From positions 111,354,001-111,418,000 of the forward strand of contig NC_086107.1 in assembly GCF_963921235.1 (NCBI RefSeq): a stretch of 64,000 nt of DNA. Reading direction: 5' to 3'. This stretch comes from Mobula hypostoma (Eukaryota). Below the pieces are notes generated by a model, which was not told the DNA's origin, made no database searches, and was given only the letters and a program-made list of their open reading frames with translations. The position numbers and the translations under genes were made by a program. Of the stretch, positions 51,201-62,939 are shown in pieces; positions within the stretch are counted from its first letter, which is position 1, and the number at the start of each line of letters is the position of its first letter.

Positions 51201-51339
51201 TCTTTAATATTTTTAATATTTAATATTTGTAATCCAGGGAGTGTGAAGCGCAGAATCAAATATCGCTGTGATGATTGTATGTTCTAGTACCAATTGTTTC
51301 GCGACAATAAAGTATAAAGAATACCAAAGTTAAGAATAA

Positions 51340-51642
51340 ACTCTTCTCAAGCTTCCAGCAGGGTACAGGTATCCATTTTACCTGACATTTTTTCCAAAAA
51401 TACTGTATTCAGAAATATTACACAATAAAGTTATTGATTTTACCTGACGTTTCGATGACAAACTCCGCTACCTCATCAGGGATGATGCCTAGGCGTGTCT
51501 AGTCCGGTGGTATATATGCTCAACTCCCGCCTTCCGTCCGCCTGATTGGCTAGTCCTCAACCAATCAGGTTTCCGCTATCCCACCTTGTTTACAATCGAA
51601 TTCCAGTTCTTACTTGGAGTGAGACCTTTGTCTTTGTCAAGA
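51340..51642 (-). mobile_element. Second PLE family 3' end/pLTR with a hammerhead-like motif at 51443-51481
   Basis: Minus strand encodes 'KDKGLTPSKNWNSIVNKVG*' (resembles the PLE C-terminal N-[RK]-D-x-G...W motif), followed by CC-CUGAUGA-GGUAGCGGAGUUUGUCAUC-GAAAC-GUC-AGG. Confidence 0.6.
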
Positions 51643-52060
51643 TCAATCCCAGTACCCGGCTGGAATCCCGAAAATAGTTTATTCGTTATCTACGTCGGGA
51701 AAGCAGCAAATCCTTTTTCACCCAAGTTATGAACATAAGAACAAGCAAAGCAGAATAGTAAATTAAAAATCCTGCATAGATACATACATCCCTTCCTAAG
51801 AATGGCAGAACTAGTTTAACCTCCTCCCCACTTTCAGTAACTGCTTCTTCCCTGTCTTAGGTGCTTTCAATATCATTCATTACCACACTGTGGGAACCAT
51901 ACCAAGTACTTTCCTTGTGTGTGCTTTCTGACTTAACGGACAAAGCTGACTTGCATGTGGCTACAACAATCCGTTCATTACCCTGTGATAACCTTTCACT
52001 CCCACGTTACCTACTTACAGAGACTTTGACTACCGTGTTTCTGAAATAAAAATAACAGCA

Positions 52061-52622
52061 CCAGGGGTGATTGATAAGTTCGTGGCCTAAGGTAGACGGA
52101 GCCAGTTTTAGAAAACCTAGCACATTTATTTTTCCTACATTTACAGACACACAGTCTAGCGGTCGTGGAGCATACGGATCCCTTCTTTGTAGAAGTTGGC
52201 GTCTTGGACCGCCAGAAGTGGTCCACAGCATGGGGTGATTGATAAGTTCGTGACCTACGGTAGAAGAAGATGAATTATTAACTTCAAACTTACTGCATTT
52301 TCACTCAGAGTTGAACTGCACGTGCATGTAACGACAGCTGTGTAACTCATCTCCTCCTACCACCTGGAGGTCCAAGATGCTTTCATTGCATGCACAAATG
52401 CAAAAGTTTGAAGTTAATAACTCATTGCCTTCTACCTTAGGCCACAAACTTATCAATCACCCCTGCTGTGGACCACTTCTACAAAGAAGGGATCCGTATG
52501 CTCCACGACCGCTGGACTAAGTGTGTACATGTAGGAGGGGACTATGTTGAAAAATAAATGTGCTAGGTTTTCTAAAATTGACTCCTTCTACCATAGGCCA
52601 CGAACTTATCAATCAAGCCTCA
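52061..52622. mobile_element. Mariner-derived fold-back MITE (4 TIR copies)
   Basis: TIR aggggtgattgataagttcgtggcctaaggtaga at both ends and twice internally. 52478-52557 reads FYKEGIRMLHDRWTKCVHVGGDYVEK*, a mariner transposase C-terminus. TA on the right flank. Confidence 0.85.
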
Positions 52623-53540
52623 TACTTCCAACTGTAGAGCAACAGTGATTCCCCAGAGCATGGCCCCCCTTGCCAAGGTAGCATCAGTGAGCAACACAAT
52701 CAATGGCAACGTCCTGCTGACAGTTCATAAAACCGCTTCTTTTACTTCTTCCTCTTTCAAATATGATTCTACTACCATGCTGCGTGTGATTGGGACTTCT
52801 GATTTTACAATTTGATGGTTTGTTCTGGGGGCTAAAATAGAGCACGTTGCTGTCTCTAAGGGAGTTGGGTGAGGTCTGGAGCAGAGTGTGCAGGCTGGAG
52901 GCCTACAGATGGGGCACGAGCCCATGGTCGGCTCCATTGTTTCTCCCCGAGGGTGCGAGCCCATGATTGTCTCCACTGCTTCTCTCCGAATGAGTGGCCA
53001 AGCAAGTCTGAGATCAACTAAGACGAGAGCAGAGGGCAGGAGGGTATTTGATGCCATCTGCCTGAGTTTGACCGGTCTTCCTCTCCCTCTCGCTTGCTGC
53101 TGTCAGAGGGGAGCGCAGGAGTCTTGGGACCCACGTTACCAGGATTGATCAGCGAGGCTGTGGACTTGTTTTGGGGGACTTTAAGGTTCATGTTACATGT
53201 CCTGGATTTTGGTTACTCTTTATTACTCTGCTGTTTTTGAGCAGATTGATCGGGGCGATCGGTGCAGACTGGCGCACTTCAGCGGAGAATGGCCCTGCGG
53301 TCCGTAGTGGGCTAGCGGCACGGCGTGGAACTGAACGAAACTAAACTGAATGCTACTGGACTGCTGGTTTGATGTTTGATATTCTACGTGTTGTCTGCTC
53401 GCTTTTGGCTGTATGCGTAATTTGTTCTTTTTTTTCGCACGTTGGGTGTTCGATGTTCTCTTGAACCGGTTCCATAATGCTCCTCTGGTTCATGGCTGCC
53501 TGCGGGAGGGTGAATCTCACATTTGTTTTCTGTATACATA

Positions 53541-54140
53541 TGAGGGGTGATTGACAGGTTCGTGGCCTAAGGTAGAAGGAGTCAATTTTAGAGAACCCAG
53601 CACATTTATTTTTCAACATAGTCCCCTCCTACATTTACACACTTAGTCCAGCGGTCGCGGAGCATACGGATCTTGGACCTCCAGAAAGTGTCTACAGCAC
53701 GGGTGAATGATAAGTTTGTGGCCTAAGGTAGAAGGAGATGAGTTATACAGCTCTCGTTACATGCACATGCAGCTCAACCCTTTGAGTGATCATGCAGAAA
53801 GTTTGAAGTTAATAACTCATCAGTTAAAGACTTATCAAGGGTGATTGATAAGTGTGTGGCCTAAGGTAGAAGGAGATGAGTTATTAACTTCAAACTTTCT
53901 GCATAATCACTCAAAGAGTTGAACTGCATGTGCATGTAACGAGAGCGGTATAACTCATCTCCTCCTACATTAGGCCACGAACTTATCAATCACCCCTGCT
54001 GTGGGCCACTTCTACAAAGAAGGGATCTGTATGCTTCACAACCACTGGACTAAGTCTGCACATGTTGTAAAATAAATGTGCTAGGTTTTCTAAAATTGAC
54101 TCCTTCTACCCTAGGCCACGAACTTATCAATCACCCCATG
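53541..54140. mobile_element. Mariner-derived fold-back MITE (5 TIR copies), TA target
   Basis: TA at 53539-53540 and 54141-54142. Internal TIRs at about 53701, 53839 and (inverted) 53965-53996. Inserted into a LINE tail. Confidence 0.85.
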
Positions 54141-54926
54141 TACTTCCATAATACATGTATTTTGAATCTTTGACTTTGAATCTTGTAATGAATACATCAA
54201 GGATTAACTTTCACTGCCATATACATTGATAGTTATTAGGAATTTGCTGTGGTGTGTTGGTGAGGGTGCAGCATGTAACAGAAAGCAACTGTCAATAATT
54301 ATAAAGAATAAAGAATTATATAAAAATGAAGTTATAAGCTAAAGTATGGACATGGAATAAAATGTGCATAAATACAGAAATATCAGAATGTATTGACAAT
54401 GTATTATAAAAAATGATTTAAATTACTTACAGTGCAGTGATGGGGCGGTATTAGATAGAAGGGGGAGTAACAGATAGAGGAGGTGTGGAGGACTAACTAG
54501 AATAGTTGATCAGATTATCTGCCTGGGGGAAGAAACTTTTAAGATGGCATGAAGTTTCTGTTTTAATAGCCCTATAGTGCTTTCCAGAAAGGAACGTTAG
54601 GAAAAGGCAGATTGTGGGGGTGGGGGGTGTTGTCCCCAATGATTTCTCCTGCCCTCTTCTTTATCTGGCCACACACAAGCCCTGCAGTGATGGCAGACTG
54701 CAGCCAATGACCTTTTCTGCAGAACCTGACAGTTTGCTGTAGTTTTCAATATCGTGAGAGAATATGTTGGATCGTGGCGCTTTTGTGATCTAGAGGTCCA
54801 GATGGTCAGACTGAGGCATACAACTCCCCAGCTCTTTACTTCATCCCTCCCCCTCTCCTGCTTTCATCTATCACCTACCACCTTGTACATCTTCCCTCTC
54901 CGACGAACCCCACCTTCTTAGCCTGA

Positions 54927-55412
54927 CATAGAAACATAGAAAACAGATGCAGGAGTAGGCCATTCGGCCCTTTGAGCCTGCACCGCCATTCAGTATGATC
55001 ATGGCTGATCATCCAACTCAGAACCCTGTACCTGCCTCCTCTCCATACCCCCTGATCCCTTTGGCCACAAGGGCCATATCTAACTCCCTCTTAAATATAG
55101 CCAATGAACTGGCCTCAACTGTTTCCTGTGGCAGAGAATTCCACAGATTCACCACTCTCTGTGTGAAGAAGTTTTTCCTCATCTCGGTCCTAAAAGGCTT
55201 TCCCTTTATCCTTAAACTGTGATCCCTCGTTCTGGACTTCCCCAACATCGGGAACAATCTTCCTGCATCTAGCCTGTCCAATCCCTTTAGAACTTTATAC
55301 GTTTCAATCAGATCCCCCCTCAATCTTCTAAATTCCAACGAGTATAAGCCTAGTCGATCCAGTCTTTCATCATACGAAAGTCCTGCCATCCTGGGAATCA
55401 AGCTGGTGAACA
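54927..55412 (-). mobile_element. Young CR1 3' fragment
   Basis: ORF 55018-55494 3' portion is near-identical to 13630-14012; (CATAGAAA)n tail. Confidence 0.9.
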
Positions 55413-56338
55413 ATCCAGGAATCAATCTGACTTCTCTTCCTTTCCAGTCCTTGGACTTCCAGCATCTGCAGACTGTCTTGTGTTGGTGAGGCATAGAAAT
55501 TGTTGCTTAGGGCCATTTTATTAAGTGTTACTAGAACAAAGGGAACCGCCGAGAACAAAAGGTCGTGGTTGTTCTCTACACACAAAAAAACTAGCTTCGA
55601 CTACAAAAGGTAACAGCATTCCAGTGATAACAATTAGCCTATGAGAATGCCAGATTCAAGTGGCCCGATGTGTTTGTGGATCGTCTCATCCCTATGAATA
55701 CCCACAGCAGAAAAACTAAGAAGCTTCTAGAAAAATACTGAAGCTACAATTACTGAAAAATTTACTGAACAATTACACATAAATAATGATTATATAAAAG
55801 TACAAGGAAGGATAGGAACTACAAGAAAAATAACAATTTTACACCCTTATCTAACAAATGAAAGACCTTTCTTTTATTGATTTTTTTTCCTTAATCATTA
55901 ATTTCCTGGTCAGTGACCAAAAGGACAACAATTAGTGCCCTCAGTAAGCCTCTTTGCTGACTCACTACAAACTCATCGTCAAGCACCCCCACCAACCAGA
56001 ATTACCGTGGATGAGATGATCGCTCTCGAGATCCCCACCATCTCAGGATCTCGTTCCATGTCTAATCAGCCTGGGTAACACCACTGACTAAGAACTTGAC
56101 TCGTCAAAGTCTTTAAATGCTAAGACTGTGAGACCACATCAGAGACTGGGTTTCCTGAGGCAAGTGTCTCTTCCACCAACACCCCCGAAAACAAGGGTGG
56201 TGGCAATCTATGGATAGCTATAAATTCACCCTGAACTTTGAAGTTCAAAGTAAATTTATTATCAAAGTACATATGTCACCATATACACAACCCTGAGATT
56301 CCTTTTCTTGCGGGCATTCACAGTAAGTACAAGAAACA

Positions 56339-56857
56339 CAGGGGTGCAGTGGTCGCCGGAGCGCACCCAGCACATCTTTAAGAAAACAGCTGAAATAAAC
56401 AAGCTAATTAATTAGGTGCCGCCCAGAAGCCAGTCTTCAATAGAGGAACTGAGGTGGAGAGGGTCAATAACTTTAAATTCTTTGGCATTAAGGATCGACA
56501 TTTCTCAATTTTGAAAAGAGTCAGAGGATCTGTTCTGGGACCAGCACGTAACCGTCATTACAAAGAAAGCACGGCAGCGCCTATACTTAATTAGATTCAG
56601 CATGTCACCTCGATCCTGACAGCCCTGTCTTTTCAGCCTGTCTGGGCTGGCATTTAAATTGACCAAACAATGGAACAGCTAAAGGCCCCAGCGCCCTGGA
56701 AAGAGGAGTGAACATCGCGTTGAGCACGTGAAATCGGCAACCGCCTCTGATCTGGGCCGACATTTAATGCCGGGCCGCACCTAATTAATTAGCTTATTTA
56801 TTTCGGCTTTTTTCTTAAAGATGTGCTGGGTGAGTCCCGGCTACCACTGCACCCCTG
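56339..56857. mobile_element. hAT-type non-autonomous element with about 85-bp TIRs and 8-bp TSD
   Basis: CAGGGGTGCAGTGGT...ACCACTGCACCCCTG termini; TSD aagaaaca at 56331-56338 and 56858-56865. Confidence 0.85.
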
Positions 56858-57469
56858 AAGAAACACCATAGAATCAATGAAAGACTGCCCCCAACAGGAT
56901 GGCCAACAGCCAATGTGCAAAAAGGAAGCTGTGCAAAGACGAAAGAAAAAAATAAATAGATAGTTAAATTAAGTAAGTAAGTTAAGAACATGAGATGAAG
57001 CGTCCTTGAAAGTGATTCCATAGTTTATGGGAACAGTTCAGTGATGGGGTGAGTGAAGTTACCCCTCTGTTTCAACAGCGCGATGGTTGAGGGGTAATAA
57101 CTGTTCCTGATCCCGGTGGTGCAGGTCCTGAGGTTCCTGTGCCTTTTTCCTGATGGGAGCAGCGAGAAGACAGCATGGTCTGGGTGGTGGGGGACCTCGA
57201 TGATGGATGCTGCTTTTCTACGAGATCACTCCGTGTAGATGTGCTCAAGGGTGGGGAGGACTTTACCTGTAATGGACTGGGCCGTATCGATTATTTTTTG
57301 TATGATTTACCGTACAAGGGCATTGGTGAGTCCATACCAGGCTGTGATGCAAACCAGTCAATATATGCTATACCACACATCTATAGAAGTTTGTCAAAGT
57401 TTGTCAAATCTTCACAAATTTTTAAGAAAGTAGAGAAAATAGAGAAAAGTGCAAGAAAATGAGTCAAGG

Positions 57470-58017
57470 CGCCTCCTGTACCTAATAAAGTGGCCACTGC
57501 GTGTACGTTCATGGTCTTCTGCTGCTGTAGTCCATCCACTTCCAGGTTCGATGTGTTGTGCACTCAGAGATCCGTTTCTGCACACCGTTGTTGTCACGTA
57601 TGGTTATTTGAGTTACTGTTGTCTTCCTGTCTACTTGAAACAGTCTGGTCACTCTCCACTGACCTCTCTCATTAGCAAGGCGTTTTGCTCACAGAGCTGC
57701 CGCTCACTGGATAATTTTTAGGTTTTTTCACACCATTCTAGAGAATCTAAATTCTGCTTTGCATGTAAATCCCAGGAGATCAGCAGTTTCTGAGATACTC
57801 AAATCACCCTGTCTGGCATCAACAATCATTCCACAGTCAAAGTCACTTAGATCAAATGTCTTCCCCATTCTGATGTTTGGTCTGAACAACAACCGAACCC
57901 CTTGACCACATCTGTATGTTTTTATGTATTGAGTTGCTGCCACATGATTGGCTGATAAGATATTTGCATTAATGAGCAGCTGTACAGGTGTACCTAATAA
58001 AGTGGCCACTGAGTGTA
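57470..58017 (-). mobile_element. Tc1-like MITE/deletion derivative
   Basis: 'MGKTFDLSDFDCGMIVDARQGDLSISETADLLGF'. TIR-like gtacctaataaagtggccactg(a/c)gtgta at about 57478-57505 and 57989-58017. Confidence 0.8.
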
Positions 58018-60973
58018 GGACATGGTGACACATATGTATTTTGATAATAAATTTACTTTGACGTTGACTTTTGAGTTCTCATAGATCCTGTTAACAGTTT
58101 AAGATCTACCACCATTCACAAGGTGTGGGAGGGTTGCGGAGCCTCAGTCTGATCTGCTGGTTTCAAGATTGCTTAGCATTGCCTGCTGCAGACTGATTTT
58201 GCTGATTGCCACATATGTCATCCCAGCACTTTGCGTGTTCCTCTTCCAGCTTGGTGCACGGCATCTGATGCTGATAACGTGTTCTCTGCTACGTGCTGGA
58301 GACCAAGCCCAGTCCACAAGGAAAACCCTCAGCGTCTAGTGACAAGCCCCCTCAATTCTATATCCCGTTCCCAATCTGGCCAAGTGTGGCAGATGGGTTC
58401 CCACCGGTCGGAACGAACACGATGGGCTGAATGGCCCGCTTCCATCCTCACGGCAGCCTACCGCTGTCTGTAAGGGTTCTCTGCATTCTCCCCGTGACTG
58501 TGCGAGCTTCCTCCCACATTCCAAGGGCATGCTCTTCTGGTTAGAGAATTGGCAAGCTATGTTGGGGACGAGCGCACACTGCCATTCACGGGCTTCCCTC
58601 AGCACAATCCTTGCCGGTCGGATTTGGCACAAGTGGCGCACTTCACTGTATGTTTCGATGTACATGTGACAAGTAAAGCGAATCTTTAAGACTCAAATGA
58701 AATACGGGATTAATTCAGGATTAGTGTAAAAGGCTGATGATGATGATGGCCGAAGGGCCTGTTCCTATAACCTTCCTATGACCCTATGACCTCCTGTCTA
58801 GTATTCTCCTTGTTCAGCTTAGCATATCACAGCCTTCAGCAATTTCAGAGAATTGGCCTCTGCAGTTTCCTATCTCACAGTTCGAGCACTAAATTTATTG
58901 TTTCACTCTCTCATCTGGAGATTTCAGATTTCAGACTTCTCCCCCATCTCTGTGGCCTTTCCAAATGTCATCACCAACACCATTTGTTAGAATGTAGAAC
59001 AAGAACAGGCCCTTCGGCCCATAATGTCTGTCCCGATCACGATGCCAAATTGTAATCTCTTCCGCCTGCTCATGATCCACGTCCATTCCCTGCATATCTG
59101 AAATTCTCTTTAAAGCTACTATGCTTCCTTCCACCATTACCCTTGGCAGCCATGTCAATCATGCTAAGTCAAGTTTATTGTCATTTAACTATGTATATAT
59201 ATATACCGCCAAACGAAACAACATTTCCCTGGACCAGGATGTAAAGTACAGTAGTACACATTGTTATTGTTGCTCCTGTCCATGCCTCTTGGCGCATCAG
59301 TCAGCAACCTTGCTGTTTCCTTAGTGCTTTCTTTGTCTGTTTCTCACAAGACCGAGTTGCTAGCTTGACGCTCAACCCAGCTCAGATGGAAAGCATGCAA
59401 GGAGCCGGCCGGATTCGAACCCGGGACCAATCAGCAGAAGTACACGTAACACACAATGGTTTAGGAATGTAAGGATTAAATTTGCAGATGAATTATGCGA
59501 AGATAAACAAAGTAAAGTGCATAAATTAAATATTGTAGGGTACAGAACAAATTATCTGTTGACACTTTGAATGCAGGGAGTTCAGAAGCCTATTGGCCTG
59601 AGGGAAGAAGCTGTTTCTCATCCTGACCGTTCTTGTCTTTATGCATCAGAAACTCCTGCCTGATGGTAGAAAGTCAAAGAGGATGCTGGATGGATGGGTG
59701 GGATCCTTGATAACACCGAGGACCTTGCGTATGCAGCGCTCCTGATAAATGTCCTTGATAGATGGTAGGGAGACCCTCCATCGGGGACATTTATCAGGAG
59801 CACTGTGTACGCAGGACCCTACCATCCACGGGGAGACCTACCATTCAGGCACCTACCTCTCTCTGTGTAAAAAAAAACTTGTCCCATATATCTCATTTAA
59901 ACTTTTCCCCTCTCACAGTAAATGCATATTCTCATGGCTTTGACGTGTCTACTCTGGGGAAAAATTCCACCTAACTTATCTGGGCCTCGGCCTCGCATAA
60001 TGTTATAAACTTCCATCATGTCGACTCCACAGCCTCTGACACTCCAGAATGAAGAACTCAAGTTGGACCAAACTGCACACCTCTAGTTCAGGCCACATCC
60101 TGAAGAACCTCTTCTGCACCCTTGCCAAAGTCCCTATGGCGTTCCTGTAATGGAGTAACCAGAATTGCACATAACAACTTGTGTTGTTCAATCCCTCCTG
60201 ATCTCCATCCAATCACAGAACAGTCCCTTCCCTCTACATTTCAAAACCTGTTTTATTTCTAGCCGTTGTTAGATGTGACAACAGCTTATCAGTCCGGAAC
60301 ACCGCAGATGCCTCCTAACGTGAGGAATTTTAGCACCTTCCCCTAGTTGGGTGGCGTCACAGCAACAACCTTGCACTCCGCGTCAGCAAGACCAGAGAGC
60401 TGATTGTGGACTTCAGAAAGGGTAAGACGAGGGAACGCAAATCAGTCCTCACAGAGGGATCGGAAGTGGAGAGAGCGAGTAATTTCAAGTTCGTGGATGT
60501 CAGTATCTCTGAGGACCTAACCCGGATGCAACATATAGATGCAGCTATAAAGAAGGCAAGACAGCGGCTACATTTCATCAAGAGTTTGAGGAAACTTGGT
60601 TTGTCACCTAACTCACCCGAAAATTTCCACAGATGTACTGTGAAGAGCATTCTGACTGGCTGTATCACCGTTTAGTATGGGGCGGGGGTGGGGGTGCTAC
60701 TGTACAAGATCGAAGGAAGTTGCAGAAAGTTGTAAAATTAGTCAGCTCCATCACGGGAATGAGCCTCCATAGTATCAAAGACATCTTCCAAGTTGCGATG
60801 CCTCAGGAAGGTGGCATCCATCATTAAGGACCCCCATCACCCAGGACGTGGCCTCTTCCCATTGTTACCATCAGGAAGAAGGTACAGGAGCCTGAAGGCA
60901 CGCACCCAGTGATTCAGGAACAGCTTCTTCCCCTCTGCCATCTGATTTCTGAATGGACATTGAATCCATGAAC

Positions 60974-61370
60974 TACTACTACTATGTTGACTCAGGTCTA
61001 GGGGGCCGGCGTCGGGCACGATGACGGACTCTCCACTTCTCCCTCTCCCTCATCAGTGTGTTCAGTTCATCTACATTAGCCGCGCCGCTGTCTTCTAGGA
61101 GCGTGTTGACCACAGTCTTGGGAGGGCGCCCAGGGTTCATCCTCCCGTGCTTGGGCTCCCATATGATGACTAGGCTGACAGGTAGCTCGGGGTGGCGTAG
61201 ACAGTGCCCCGCTAGTTGCAGTCTTCTCGCCTCGATTTTAGTGGAGAGCATCGGTAGGTTGTTATAGAGCTCAACGTTCGTCATGTGCTATTGTCAACTC
61301 ACGTCAAGAGCCATCCGGAGCATTCGTGTATAGCAACCATCTAGAGACTTTCACATCGATGACAGACAAC
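60974..61370 (-). mobile_element. RTE/RTEX-like LINE 3' fragment nested in a Rex/Babar element
   Basis: ORF 60982-61284 'RRLQLAGHCLRHPE...WEPKHG..NPGRPPKT'; (TAG)n tail; direct repeat ccatgaac on both flanks. Confidence 0.75.
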
Positions 61371-62071
61371 CCATGAACGCTACCTCAATATTTTGTTTGT
61401 TTCCGTTTTTGCATTACTTACTTTAACTTAGCTATATATATACTTACAGTAATTCAGTTTTTTCTATATTTACCATGTATTGCATTGTACTGCTGCCACA
61501 ATGTTAACAAATTTCATGACGTATGCTGATGATTCTGATTGTGATTTTTCACACTGTATTTCTGACTTTGCTGCATAGACATTCCTGTCCTAGGAGGCAA
61601 AGCCATCTCCAGCGGACTGGGCAGATGAGATCCAACGACCATGAAGGAAGTTCTGCAACGCTCCGTGGAGACTGGAGGACGTGACAAGGCACAGGCGACG
61701 CCATGGTCATCCACTGCAACTGAGAAAGAACCACGATGTGACCACCACTTGTACCACTGGACCCGGACTTCCAAGTTCGAGTGAGTGGAACTGCCCCAGT
61801 GCAACGGCTTGTCCACTTTAAAAGCACTCCTACATAGGTTTCAAAATACCGCCACCATCAGATTCGAGAGACAACCAGTCCATCGATCGCCATAGATATG
61901 GTGAAGGTGTAGCAGAGGGCAAACTGTCCGCTAAACAGCAAGATCTAACTGGAAATAAACAGAACTAACTTATTTCACAGTCAATGGTGAGATTAAATCT
62001 CTGCGATTCAGTTGTGAATCGTGGAGGAGGTGCAACATCACACCACGCTCAACAAAAGTGACCCCAGCTTG

Positions 62072-62746
62072 TGAGTACAGCAGGCGGAGAAAAAGGCGAA
62101 TGGTATGCTGGCATTTATAGCAAGAGGATTCGAGTACAGGAGCAGGGAGGTACGACTGCAGTTGTACAAGGCCTTGGTGAGACCACACCTGGAGTATTGT
62201 GTGCAGTTTTGGTCCCCTAATCTGAGGAAAGACATCCTTGCCATAGAGGGAGTACAAACAAGGCTCACCAGATTGATTCCTGGGATGGCAGGACTTTCAT
62301 ATGATGAAAGACTGGATCGACTAGGCTTATACTCACTGGAATTTAGAAGATCGAGGGGGGATCTTATTGAAACGTATAAAATCCTAAAGGGATTGGACAG
62401 GCTAGATGCAGGAAGATTGTTCCTGATGTTGGGGAAGTCCAGAACGAGGGGTCACAGTTTGAGGATAAAGGGGAAGCCTTTTAGGACCGAGATGAGGAAA
62501 AACTTCTTCACACAGAGAGTGGTGAATCTGTGGAATTCTCTGCCACAGGAAACAGCTGAAGCCAGTTCATTGGCTATATTTAAGAGGGAGTTAGATATGG
62601 CTCTTGTGGCTAAAGGGATCAGGGGGTATGGAGAGGAGGCAGGTACAGGGTTCTGAGTTGGATGATCAGCCATGATCATACTGAGTGGCGGTGCAGGCTC
62701 GAAGGGCTGAATGGCCTACTCCTGCACCTATTTTCTATGTTTCTAC
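62072..62746 (+). mobile_element. Young CR1 3' fragment
   Basis: ORF 62105-62656 is near-identical to 13460-14012; ttttctatgtttcta tail. Confidence 0.9.
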
Positions 62747-62939
62747 TGAGGACGTGGCTGAAGTCTTGTTCAAGCGAGTGCTCAGTAAATGATGCCAAGC
62801 AACAAACACAAAACTGAAGGAACTCAGCCAGTCGGGCAGCATCTATGAAGAGGAATAAACTGTGGATGGTTCAGGCTGAGACATTTCATCGGGACTTGGA
62901 AAAGAATGGAGAGGAAGCCAGAAGAGGAATGTCCTCATG

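Noticed and set aside
52061..54140. CRISPR-like recurring repeats of about 30 bp
   Set aside because: Mixed orientations, non-unique spacers, mariner coding remnants and TA flanks show they are TIRs; eukaryotic context with no cas genes.
58844..58852. Single GAS motif TTCAGAGAA
   Set aside because: Isolated nine-mer with six fixed bases, expected many times by chance in 64 kb.
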